Shown piece by piece: positions 8,274-15,978 of a stretch of DNA of 31,949 nt. The stretch comes from a virus (Duplodnaviria; Caudoviricetes). The stretch is from the IMG/VR virus record IMGVR_UViG_3300032373_000078, positions 1-31,949 of that record, one strand, 5' to 3'. Each line of letters opens with the position of its first letter. The first letter of the stretch is position 1. The position numbers and the translations under genes are program-made. Below the pieces are notes generated by a model, which was not told the DNA's origin, did no database searches, and saw only the letters and a list, made by a program, of their open reading frames with translations.

Positions 8274-8734
8274 GCGCCTATGAGGCGGCCGGCAAGAGCG
8301 ATGACTGGTACACGCCGGCCTATGTTTTCGAGGCGCTCGGGCTTGAGTTCGATCTCGATGTTGCCGCGCCGGTTGACGGGCCGCGCCATGTCCCGTGCCG
8401 GCATTGGTGGTCGAGCGCGGGCCTGGAAAACCAATGGTTCGGGCTGGTCTGGATGAACCCGCCTTTCGGCCACCAGAAAACCAAGCGGGCCTGGCTCTCG
8501 AAATTTTTTGAGCATGGCAACGGGGTGGCGCTTGTTCCCGATCGTACCTCGGCGCCGTGGTTCCAAGAGTTCGCGCCGCGCGCAAATCTGATATGCTTTG
8601 TCGCCCCGAAAATCAAGTTCGAGCGGCCGGACGGGACCGTTGGCGCATCGCCCGGCACCGGCACGGCCTTGCTCGCGTCCGGGGTTCGGGCGGCCCAGGC
8701 CTTGCGCGCTTGTGGCCTGGGGATGGTGCGATGA
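8270..8734 (+). CDS. Phage DNA N6-adenine methyltransferase (orphan)
   Basis: SDDWYTP, FDLDVAA, VWMNPPF and LVPDRTSAPWFQ motifs; ATGA overlap with the helicase stop. Confidence 0.88.
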   Translation: MSAYEAAGKSDDWYTPAYVFEALGLEFDLDVAAPVDGPRHVPCRHWWSSAGLENQWFGLVWMNPPFGHQKTKRAWLSKFFEHGNGVALVPDRTSAPWFQEFAPRANLICFVAPKIKFERPDGTVGASPGTGTALLASGVRAAQALRACGLGMVR

Positions 8735-8946
8735 AAAAACCCGACCCGCGCGATCATCCTTGCGATCTTTGCGGCGATCCGCACGCGCCTTACGGGTTCG
8801 AGCGCGCCGGCGGCCGCGCCGCGCGCCGGCCGGGGCAGCGACGGCTCTGGGCCTGCAAGAAGTGCCGCGCGGCCGCCGAGGCGCGCAAGGAAGCGGTTGA
8901 CCGGCCGTTGAGTGATTTTCAACAGATCAACACAAGGGACGTATGA
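8731..8946 (+). CDS. Small zinc-finger-like protein
   Basis: HPCDLCG..APYGF...WACKKC; ATGA-coupled. Confidence 0.7.
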   Translation: MKKPDPRDHPCDLCGDPHAPYGFERAGGRAARRPGQRRLWACKKCRAAAEARKEAVDRPLSDFQQINTRDV

Positions 8947-8947
8947 A

Positions 8948-9298
8948 ATGCAGATTGGCGAAAAATACCTGATTACGGCCGAAGATTGGTTTTTTGCCCC
9001 GGACGGTGAAAACTATCGGGCGGTGTTCGGGACGGTTCACGGCGTAATTGATGCCGCCGAGGCGCTTGGGGTCAAGGCAAACGCCCGGTCAACAAACTGG
9101 TATGTGCTGATCGGCGATATGCTTCTGGCCGGTTGCAGGGTTCACTATGTGCTTCGGGCGGATCACTACAATCCAAGGCCGAGCGTGCTTGCGGAGATCG
9201 ATCACGATGGGTTGCGCCTTGTCGCGCAGAACGCAACGTCACGTATCTACAATGCCGATGCGACAGGTCTGATTGCACACGGCAAAGTGAGCACCTGA
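8948..9298 (+). CDS. Hypothetical phage protein
   Basis: Contiguous in the operon; globular composition (KYLITAEDWFFAPDG..YRAVFG). Confidence 0.75.
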   Translation: MQIGEKYLITAEDWFFAPDGENYRAVFGTVHGVIDAAEALGVKANARSTNWYVLIGDMLLAGCRVHYVLRADHYNPRPSVLAEIDHDGLRLVAQNATSRIYNADATGLIAHGKVST

Positions 9299-9313
9299 AT
9301 GCGGACACATCGA

Positions 9314-9700
9314 ATGGCCTACGCCGAACGCACAAAGGTTCCGGTTACACAGTCAAAGGCTGAGATCGAGAAGCTGGTCAAACGATACGGCGCGGATGCG
9401 TTCGCGGTCATGGAGCGCCAGGGGCGTGTTCAGATCGCCTTTTCGCTGATGGGCCGCAACATCCTGTTTCGCATGGACCTGCCCGAAGGTGCCCAGGCAG
9501 AGCGCTCGATCTGGCGCGCTATGACGCTGACGATCAAAGGCAAACTGGAAAGCGCAGAACGTGGCATTGAGACCTTCGAGGAAGCCTTCCTCGCGAACAT
9601 CGTCATGCCTGACGGGCGGACGGTTTCAGAGGCGACCCGACCAGCCATTGAGAACCACTACAAAGGGCGCGCGGACGTTCCGTTGCTGCCTGCTACTTAA
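9314..9700 (+). CDS. Hypothetical phage protein
   Basis: MAYAERTKVPV..SKAEIEKL...KGKLESAE.GIETFEEAFLANIVMPDGRTV, a recurrent phage early-gene pattern. Confidence 0.75.
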   Translation: MAYAERTKVPVTQSKAEIEKLVKRYGADAFAVMERQGRVQIAFSLMGRNILFRMDLPEGAQAERSIWRAMTLTIKGKLESAERGIETFEEAFLANIVMPDGRTVSEATRPAIENHYKGRADVPLLPAT

Positions 9701-9715
9701 AGGACCGGCTGACCA

Positions 9716-9862
9716 ATGGCTGAGAACTCAAGCATCGAATGGACAACCCACACGTTTAATCCGTGGATTGGATGCACGAAAGTCAGCGCCGCGTGTGACC
9801 ACTGCTATGCGGAGGCATGGGACAATCGCTTTGGCGGCAAACGCTGGGGGCCTCACGCACAT
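9716..9862 (+). pseudogene. Truncated Gp37/Gp68-family (DUF5131) gene, first ~48 codons only
   Basis: [33 protein letters not shown] is the family N-terminus (CX6CX2C); similarity ends at a C8 run and terminator, and the rest of the ORF is the antisense of the lipoprotein gene. Confidence 0.8.
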
Positions 9863-9874
9863 CCCCCCCCAATC

Positions 9875-9908
9875 AAGCCCGCCCCGATCGCCCCGGGGCG
9901 GGCTTTTT
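9875..9908 (+). terminator. Rho-independent terminator between convergent genes
   Basis: AAGCCCGCCCCG-loop-CGGGGCGGGCTT followed by a T run. Confidence 0.8.
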
Positions 9909-9913
9909 GCGTT

Positions 9914-10333
9914 CTAGGTCGGTTCGTCCGCGGGTTGCGTGTAAAACCGGCTCTCGCCCTGGTTTGTGTTGACCCAGCACGAGTTCGGTTGAATGTTCAG
10001 GCGCTGGTTCGGGCGCTTCATCGAGCCGAAACCGTTCTCGGTCGCCTCGACCGCGTTCTTGGTGCAATAGGGCAATTCGACCTGCGTATAGCCCTTGTCC
10101 CTCATGCAGATGCCCATCGCGGACTGGCGCAGCTTGTCGTTGCGATCCGTCGAATAGATCCAGAACGTGATGGGGTCGAAGGTCACTTGCGTGTTTGAAG
10201 GAATGGCCTGCGTCACCTCGGTCTGACAGGCCACCACGTCCCGGTTGTACCGGTCGAAGGTGACATTCGATTTCACGTAAAATTCCTGACTGACACAGCC
10301 CGACAGGGCCAGGAATGCGATAACGGCGCGCAT
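9914..10333 (-). CDS. Lipoprotein moron
   Basis: GGAGGA RBS; signal peptide [13 protein letters not shown] (lipobox); opposite strand to its neighbours; four further Cys. Confidence 0.8.
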   Translation of the reverse strand: MRAVIAFLALSGCVSQEFYVKSNVTFDRYNRDVVACQTEVTQAIPSNTQVTFDPITFWIYSTDRNDKLRQSAMGICMRDKGYTQVELPYCTKNAVEATENGFGSMKRPNQRLNIQPNSCWVNTNQGESRFYTQPADEPT

Positions 10334-10435
10334 GAGATCCTCCAACTTCGATTAATCAATCCGGCTACCTTGGCCGGGATGGCGGACGGCGGCAATGTGC
10401 AAAACTGGCGCGCTTGCCCTTGCATGGCCACGCAT

Positions 10436-10516
10436 CGCACAATAAAAGGTGCGGATCACAACATAAAAGGCAAGCAGCATGATTACATTGACAGAGGCCG
10501 CGCGCGCGGGCAGCGT
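10436..10516 (+). promoter_or_regulatory. Operator-like palindrome and promoter of the C4/antirepressor operon
   Basis: CGCAC-AATAAAAG-GTGCG at 10436-10453; TTGACA at 10488-10493 (the -10 element is weak). Confidence 0.6.
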
Positions 10517-10610
10517 CCCGGTGCAACCTGCGAAATGGTGGGTTGTCGGGTTTGGAAGCTCGTTTGTCTCTAGGCGCTCTGAAAGCCGCGCCATTCGTCG
10601 CGGCTTTGCT

Positions 10611-10689
10611 ATGTCCGGGCGCAATGGGGTGCCTTCGGGCACGCCGGTTTCTAGAGGCCGGTCTTCCAACCTGTTGTTGCCCGGGCACC
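10611..10689 (+). ncRNA. C4-type antisense RNA (P1/P7 c4, P4 CI-like); ends approximate
   Basis: Cloverleaf-like fold: GTGCC-TTCG-GGCAC hairpin, CCGGT..GCCGG stem with CTAGAG in the loop, then CTTCCAA. Complementary targets TTGGAAG (10552, 10693) and CTCTAG (10568, 10721) lie on both sides. Confidence 0.85.
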
Positions 10690-10736
10690 CGTTTGGAAGC
10701 GGCCCCGGGTTCAATTTGAACTCTAGGAGGCCCTTC

Positions 10737-10958
10737 ATGGCTGACACAATCAATCCGCATAACCTGGGAATGGATCTGGCCTATGCCGCCACCCTGACCC
10801 GCCACATTCAACACCTGGTGCTCGAGGCCGGCGGCGCGGCCGATCGCACCGTGCTCGACGTGATCGAGGGGCTGGCGCACTTCCTCGCGCGCATCCTCGG
10901 CGTGATCGCCACGGATCTCGAGGAGATCGAGGCAGTGAAAGGCGGTCATCATGTCTGA
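10737..10958 (+). CDS. 73-aa ORF in the icd/kil position of a c4-icd-ant operon
   Basis: AGGAGG RBS (10725-10730) overlapping the downstream CTCTAG target; stop overlaps the BRO gene start. Confidence 0.75.
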   Translation: MADTINPHNLGMDLAYAATLTRHIQHLVLEAGGAADRTVLDVIEGLAHFLARILGVIATDLEEIEAVKGGHHV

Positions 10959-11751
10959 TCTGTCTTTCGTTTTCAATACGCGCCGGGTGCGCGTGATCCT
11001 CGATGAGGCCGGTGAACCCTGGTTCGTCGCAAAAGATGTTTGCGAGGTTTTGGGCACCGGCCTGCCTGCCAATCATCTTCGCAATTATCCGGACTGTGAA
11101 AAGGGTGTGTGTTCGGTACCTACCCCCGGCGGACGCCAGGAAGTGCTCACGGTCAGCGAAGGCGGGCTCTATCGTATGGTCGTGAGGTCTCGCAAACCCT
11201 CGGCCGAGCAGTTTCAGGCCTGGGTGTTCAACAAGGCTCTGCCCGAGATCCGGCGCACGGGTTCCTATCAGGGGCCGCCACAAGCTGAGGACGTGTCCAG
11301 CCCGCCCGCCGCGCCCGCACTCGACCCGCTGGCGGTCGAAATGGATGACGACATGCGCGACTGGCTGGCGATGGTGCGCGAGGCGCGCATTTCCTACGGG
11401 CGCAAGGCGGCGCAACGGCTTTGGGCGCGATCGCCCCTGCCCGCGGTCTCGACAACACCGCCAGACAAGTCGGACCTGGGCCGCGCGATCCGGGAGTTCC
11501 TTGATAAACAATGTGTTATCACCGGAAGTTCGGCCGATTTCGTGTCGCTTGGCGATCTGACCCGCGCCTATGGCAAATGGGCGATCAGCACCCATCGCGA
11601 GGTTCCCGCCGGTCGCGGCTTCAACCGCGCCCTGGCCGCGCTGGCGGTGGCCTATGTCCATCCCGAAACGCTGGAAGTGATCCGCCCGCACAAGCGCAGT
11701 CACCACGGCTATGTCGGTCTCAGGTTGCGCAAGGCCTCTGCGGCCGCCTGA
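10951..11751 (+). CDS. BRO-N antirepressor-like protein fused to a D5/P4-helicase-type C-terminal DNA-binding domain
   Basis: GEPWFVAKDVCEVLG, VSEGGLYRMVVRSRKPSAEQFQAWV..LPEIRRTGSY (BRO-N); the last ~85 aa align by eye with the helicase C-terminus. Confidence 0.85.
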   Translation: MSDLSFVFNTRRVRVILDEAGEPWFVAKDVCEVLGTGLPANHLRNYPDCEKGVCSVPTPGGRQEVLTVSEGGLYRMVVRSRKPSAEQFQAWVFNKALPEIRRTGSYQGPPQAEDVSSPPAAPALDPLAVEMDDDMRDWLAMVREARISYGRKAAQRLWARSPLPAVSTTPPDKSDLGRAIREFLDKQCVITGSSADFVSLGDLTRAYGKWAISTHREVPAGRGFNRALAALAVAYVHPETLEVIRPHKRSHHGYVGLRLRKASAAA

Positions 11752-11776
11752 TCCCTCGCCTCAGCGCCGTTATCTG

Positions 11777-11808
11777 GCCCGTTCCGGTTAGCACCGGGGC
11801 GGGCTTTT
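11777..11808 (+). terminator. Rho-independent terminator after the BRO gene
   Basis: GCCCGTTCCGGT-TAGC-ACCGGGGCGGGC-TTTT. Confidence 0.75.
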
Positions 11809-11915
11809 CGCGTTTCCGGGGCCGCCTGGTGAGGCTCTCGCGGCCAATCTGCGCGGCCGGTTGGCCGGTGGTGCGGGTCGCCCGGCCGGGCGCGCTCGGG
11901 CCTCGTTGATTCAAT

Positions 11916-12270
11916 CCCCGCACCCCGCACCCCGGTTTATTTAGATCGTCCCGCGTTGAAAAACTCCCTTTCTCCCTGATTTCAGGTTCAAAACTCCCTG
12001 ACGATCAGGGCAAGTTTCGGAAACAAAAACAAGGGGTTGAGATTTCGCGACCGTGTTTCAGGGAGCGCAGGGAGAAAATTCACGGGGCTTATTTCTATAG
12101 AGGGGCAAGGGGTGCGGGGTCAGGATTTGCTCACACGTCAGGCGACAAAAAACCTCCCTGCGCTCCCTGATCCCGGAAAGCGGCGTTAATTCAATGACTT
12201 ATAGGTTTGAAACCTCCCTGATTACTGTTTTGAAAACTCCCTGAAAATCATAAAACTCCCTGAGTAATCA
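11916..12270. repeat. Iteron array, putative replication origin
   Basis: CTCCCTG forward at 11972, 11994, 12154, 12163, 12214, 12237, 12256 and inverted (CAGGGAG) at 12059, 12068; ORF-free and relatively AT-rich. Confidence 0.8.
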
Positions 12271-12305
12271 ACATATGGCGCGGCTACATTCGATCCGCAC
12301 AAGAT

Positions 12306-13028
12306 ATGGAGCAGGCCAAAATGCAAACCACACCGCACCACCCTCGGGCGCTGATCGAGGGGATCAATATCGCGATCATCGCCCGTCGCGCCGCCCGTCG
12401 CGCCGGGGTTGGGCAGGGTGATGGCGCCCGGCCGGTGCCGGGCCTTGCCGCGCGCCCGGTTGTCCTGTCAGAGATCGCGGCGGAAACCGGGCGGTTCGAT
12501 GAGCCTGCCACACCGCCCGGTTACAGGACGGCGCGCCGGCGTGAGCCGATGCTATTGGCGCGCCTGCCCGAGAAAGACACGCGCCGGATTGCCGCCCGAA
12601 TCTTCGCCGATACCTGCGAAAAGATCGGGGCGAGTTCATGTGCCGCGATCGAGGGGAGTATTTCTAGCGCCGGTATTCCCGATGGTGGCGCGACAACAAA
12701 AATCAAGCACGCGCAGCGCCTCGCGGCCTCGCTGAAAGCGATCCGCCACCTGGTGCGCACCGAGGGCGAAAAGGGCGGTATCGCATGGCGGCCCCGGGTG
12801 GTCCTGCCATTGGGCCGCCCATCGCCAAAACGCCATGAAATAAAGGCGCTTGACCTGTTGGTCGCGGTCGCGATCGAGGGCCGGGACATTGCCGAGATCC
12901 TGCGCCGCGCCGGGTGGTCAAAGCAGGCGCACACGACCCGGTTGCTTGGCGCGGCGGCGCTCCTGATGCTCGACGATCTGGCCGAATGCTATGGGCTTGG
13001 GCGCATGGTACCGCGCGAAAGTTCTTGA
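12306..13028 (+). CDS. Putative late transcription regulator (Q-position; C-terminal HTH-like domain); start uncertain
   Basis: Last early gene before the packaging genes; LLVAVAIEGRDIAEILRRAGW...LDDLAECYGL; TTGACG overlaps its stop. Confidence 0.6.
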   Translation: MEQAKMQTTPHHPRALIEGINIAIIARRAARRAGVGQGDGARPVPGLAARPVVLSEIAAETGRFDEPATPPGYRTARRREPMLLARLPEKDTRRIAARIFADTCEKIGASSCAAIEGSISSAGIPDGGATTKIKHAQRLAASLKAIRHLVRTEGEKGGIAWRPRVVLPLGRPSPKRHEIKALDLLVAVAIEGRDIAEILRRAGWSKQAHTTRLLGAAALLMLDDLAECYGLGRMVPRESS

Positions 13029-13136
13029 CGGCAGGCAATACGCTCGCCAGCTAAGTGCCCAACGGTCCAGAACTGCGACCGGCGAAACCTGACCCAGGCG
13101 GCCGCCCTCGAACCCCGAGGCGCGGCCGCTGCATTT
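13025..13136 (+). promoter_or_regulatory. Candidate late promoter and leader hairpin
   Basis: TTGACG at 13025-13030; GC-rich hairpin GCGGCCGC-CCTCG..CGAGG-C-GCGGCCGC at 13098-13129, in a pR'/tR'-like position. Confidence 0.45.
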
Positions 13137-13151
13137 CCGGGGTGCCGCGCG

Positions 13152-13376
13152 ATGCTCACGTTTCTCGGCCGCTATGTGCTCAACATTCTGATTGCGGTCG
13201 ACCAGTTGGCGAATGCGCTGATGTTCGGTGATCCCGATGAGACGATTTCAAGCCGCTGCGCCAAGGCCTCCTATGGCTCGGGCTGGTGGCGTCTTGGTCG
13301 CCTCCTCGAGGCAATCGACCCCGGCCACCTCAAGCTGACGCGCGAGGATGACGAGGGCGGAGACGCTCTGTTGTGA
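13152..13376 (+). CDS. Small conserved phage protein
   Basis: NILIAVDQLANAL..GDPDETISSR motif; hydrophobic N-terminus. Confidence 0.75.
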   Translation: MLTFLGRYVLNILIAVDQLANALMFGDPDETISSRCAKASYGSGWWRLGRLLEAIDPGHLKLTREDDEGGDALL

Positions 13377-13729
13377 GCGCCCCGGACACCCGCCGCGCTG
13401 CGTTCCGCGACCGGGACAGGTTGCGGCGCAAGAATGAACCATGGCGGCGCTGGTACAACTTAAAGCGCTGGAAGGTGCTCCGGCTTGAAATCCTGGCGCG
13501 CGATGGCTGGACCTGCCAGCAAACCGGCGCGCTTCTGACCGGCACGCCTAACAGGGCGCATAGTGCGGTTGTCGACCATGTCGAACCGCACCGTGGCGAT
13601 CCGGTTCGGTTCTGGAACCCTGCGAACCTGCAAGCGGTCGCGAAATGCTGGCACGATAGCGAGAAGCAACGGCGAGAGAAGGAAGCCGCGCGGGTCGATA
13701 AAAGGCCCGGGGGGTGGTCCAATCTCTGA
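13373..13729 (+). CDS. HNH endonuclease (terminase-associated)
   Basis: RDGWTCQ, VVDHVEPHRGD..FWNPANLQAV.K.WHD; directly before terS. Confidence 0.9.
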   Translation: MSAPDTRRAAFRDRDRLRRKNEPWRRWYNLKRWKVLRLEILARDGWTCQQTGALLTGTPNRAHSAVVDHVEPHRGDPVRFWNPANLQAVAKCWHDSEKQRREKEAARVDKRPGGWSNL

Positions 13730-13780
13730 AAACCACCCATCTCGCAGACCCACGCACCACACATGCGGAGACTTTTTTTC
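13705..13780. other. Candidate cos packaging region
   Basis: G-run GGGGGGTGGTCCAATCTCTG ... GGAGACTTTTTT between HNH and terS, the usual cos location in HK97-like phages. Confidence 0.45.
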
Positions 13781-13782
13781 CC

Positions 13783-14247
13783 ATGACAGCGAAAACCAAG
13801 GCCAAAACCGGGGATCTTGACCTATTCGGCTTCCCGGCTGACCAGATCCGCGACCGATGGGGGCGCCCTTCCTTTGCTAAAACCAAAGAAAATCAAATGC
13901 TTGTGGCGGCATTGCGGGCAAAGGATTGGAGCCAGGAGCGGATTGCGCGCTACATGGGAACAAGCGAAAAAACGCTACGCAAACATTTTTCCCGAGAGTT
14001 GCGGGCCGGGCGCGACATGATCGAGGGCGATGCAACGGCCGTCATGCTGCACCGGATGCGGCAAGGCAATGTCTCGGCGGCGCGCCACTTTATCAGCGCG
14101 ACCAGGGCGCCCGGGATCGTGCCGCTCGAGACCGAACTCGCCGCGCCGGTCGAGGCCGTCGCGCCCGAGGAGAAACTCGGCAAGAAAGCCCGGCTCGAAA
14201 AAGAGGCGAAAAACCCGCGCGGCCGATGGGCGGGCCGGGTGCACTAG
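13783..14247 (+). CDS. Terminase small subunit (HTH)
   Basis: Position before terL; WSQERIARYMGTSEKTLRKHFSREL HTH. Start inferred. Confidence 0.75.
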   Translation: MTAKTKAKTGDLDLFGFPADQIRDRWGRPSFAKTKENQMLVAALRAKDWSQERIARYMGTSEKTLRKHFSRELRAGRDMIEGDATAVMLHRMRQGNVSAARHFISATRAPGIVPLETELAAPVEAVAPEEKLGKKARLEKEAKNPRGRWAGRVH

Positions 14248-15978
14248 ATGCCGCTCGATTTCTCCTGCACCGATTGGGCTGATCGGCTCAAGGCCGGGCT
14301 TCCGCCCATGCCGGTTCTTCCGCTTGATGAGGATCTCGCGGCCGATGCGGCCTGGTATTTTGACAGTTTCCGCATTCCAGATGTTGCCGGGCAACCGCTT
14401 CTGGAAGATGCGGCCGGCGATTGGTTCCGCGAGATCGTGCGCCGCGCGATCGGGGCGATCGATCCAGAAACCGGCGCGCCGGCGGTGGGTGAGGTCTTTT
14501 GCCTGGTGCCGAAAAAGAACGGCAAAACGACCTATACCGCCGCGCTTGGCTTGACCGCCCTGGTGATGAACAAGACGCCGGGCGTCGAAATGATGATCGT
14601 CGCGGCAACACAGGAGATCGCAAACACCTGCCTGAAACAGGCGGCCGACATGATCCGCGCCGATCGGCCCGATGAGGAGGGCGCCGATCCCTATCTTCTT
14701 TTCCGTTTTGATATTCAGGAGCACAAAAGCCGGATCGTAGATCGCAGCAACGGCGCGAGCCTGTCGATCAAGACCTTTTCCATGAAGATCGTGACCGGGA
14801 AAATTCCGGTCCTGACGATCGTCGATGAATTGCACTTGCTTGGAACCACGGCCCAGGCCGATCGGATCCTCACGCAGTTGCGGCAAAACATGATCACAAG
14901 GGACAATTCGCTCCTGGTCTTTATCAGCACGCAAAGCGATGAACCGCCGGCCGGTGTGTTCAAAACCGAACTGGACTATGCGCGCTCGGTGCGCGACGGC
15001 GAAACCTTCGATGAGGTCAACACGCTGGTTTGCATCTATGAGTTTCCCGAGGCCTGGCAGATCGATGAAAACCGGCCCTGGGCGGATCCTGAAACCTGGT
15101 ACATGGTGCAACCGAACCTCGGCCGATCGGTCAAGCTTGACCGGCTGAAACGGGAATACCGCAAGGCCGAGGACAAGGGCAAAGAGGCGTTCCGGCTCTG
15201 GGCAAGTCAGATGCTCAATATCCAGATCGGACTTGCGTTGCACGGCACGCGCTGGATCGGGGTCGATTACTGGCCCAAGCCGGTTGAGGATCTCGACCTC
15301 GAGGCGATCCTGACGCGCTGCGCGGTGGCGGTGGCCGGGATCGATCTCGGCGGTCTCGATGACCTTGCCTCGATCTCGGTGATCGGGCTCGAACGCGCTA
15401 CGGGCGATTGGCTGGCCTGGTCGCGGGCCTGGGCGCATAAGCCGGTATTCGAGCGGCGCAAGGATATTGCGCCGAGGCTTTTGGGTTTTGTCGCCGATGG
15501 CGACTTGATCAAATGCGATCGTGCGGGCCAGGATCTCGATGAAATGGTCGAGATCTGCGCGCGCCTCCTCGAGGCGGGGATTTTGCCCGCGACAAACGCG
15601 ATCGGGATCGACCCGTATTCCGCCGAGGGGCTGAAACAGGCTTTGGCGGCGGCCGGGATCACCGAGGCGATGATCGAAATGGTTCCCCAAGGGGTGAAGC
15701 TTTCACCGGCGATCTGGGATCTTGAGCGGATCCTGATGCTCGAGCGGTTCCGCCATGGCGGGCAACCGCTTCTGGATTGGTGCCTCTCGAATGCCAAGGT
15801 CGAGCAAATCGGCGACGCGGTTGCAATGCGCAAATCCACCAACGGCAAAGCGAAGATCGACCCGCTTATCGCGCTTGTGATGGCCGGAAAACTGATGAGC
15901 CGCGGCCCGGTCGCGGCGGTGCCGCTGGTATCGCCCTGGGACGATCCGAAATTTTCGCTCGTGAAAGGGGCCGCATGA
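14248..15978 (+). CDS. terL: Terminase large subunit
   Basis: Walker A VPKKNGKT, Walker B IVDELH, ISTQ, nuclease GIDLGGLDDL and KIDPLIA. Confidence 0.95.
   Translation: MPLDFSCTDWADRLKAGLPPMPVLPLDEDLAADAAWYFDSFRIPDVAGQPLLEDAAGDWFREIVRRAIGAIDPETGAPAVGEVFCLVPKKNGKTTYTAALGLTALVMNKTPGVEMMIVAATQEIANTCLKQAADMIRADRPDEEGADPYLLFRFDIQEHKSRIVDRSNGASLSIKTFSMKIVTGKIPVLTIVDELHLLGTTAQADRILTQLRQNMITRDNSLLVFISTQSDEPPAGVFKTELDYARSVRDGETFDEVNTLVCIYEFPEAWQIDENRPWADPETWYMVQPNLGRSVKLDRLKREYRKAEDKGKEAFRLWASQMLNIQIGLALHGTRWIGVDYWPKPVEDLDLEAILTRCAVAVAGIDLGGLDDLASISVIGLERATGDWLAWSRAWAHKPVFERRKDIAPRLLGFVADGDLIKCDRAGQDLDEMVEICARLLEAGILPATNAIGIDPYSAEGLKQALAAAGITEAMIEMVPQGVKLSPAIWDLERILMLERFRHGGQPLLDWCLSNAKVEQIGDAVAMRKSTNGKAKIDPLIALVMAGKLMSRGPVAAVPLVSPWDDPKFSLVKGAA

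Noticed and set aside
8270-8734. Restriction-modification or other defence system
   Set aside because: No cognate nuclease nearby; an orphan phage methyltransferase in an early operon is common.
9716-10198. Intact 160-aa protein
   Set aside because: Only the first ~48 aa are family-like; the rest crosses a terminator and is antisense to the lipoprotein.
10479-10736. N-terminal extension (Ash-like reading) of the 10737 ORF
   Set aside because: The ATG lies upstream of the TTGACA promoter element and the frame runs through the structured RNA; the strong RBS is at 10725. Translation is not excluded.
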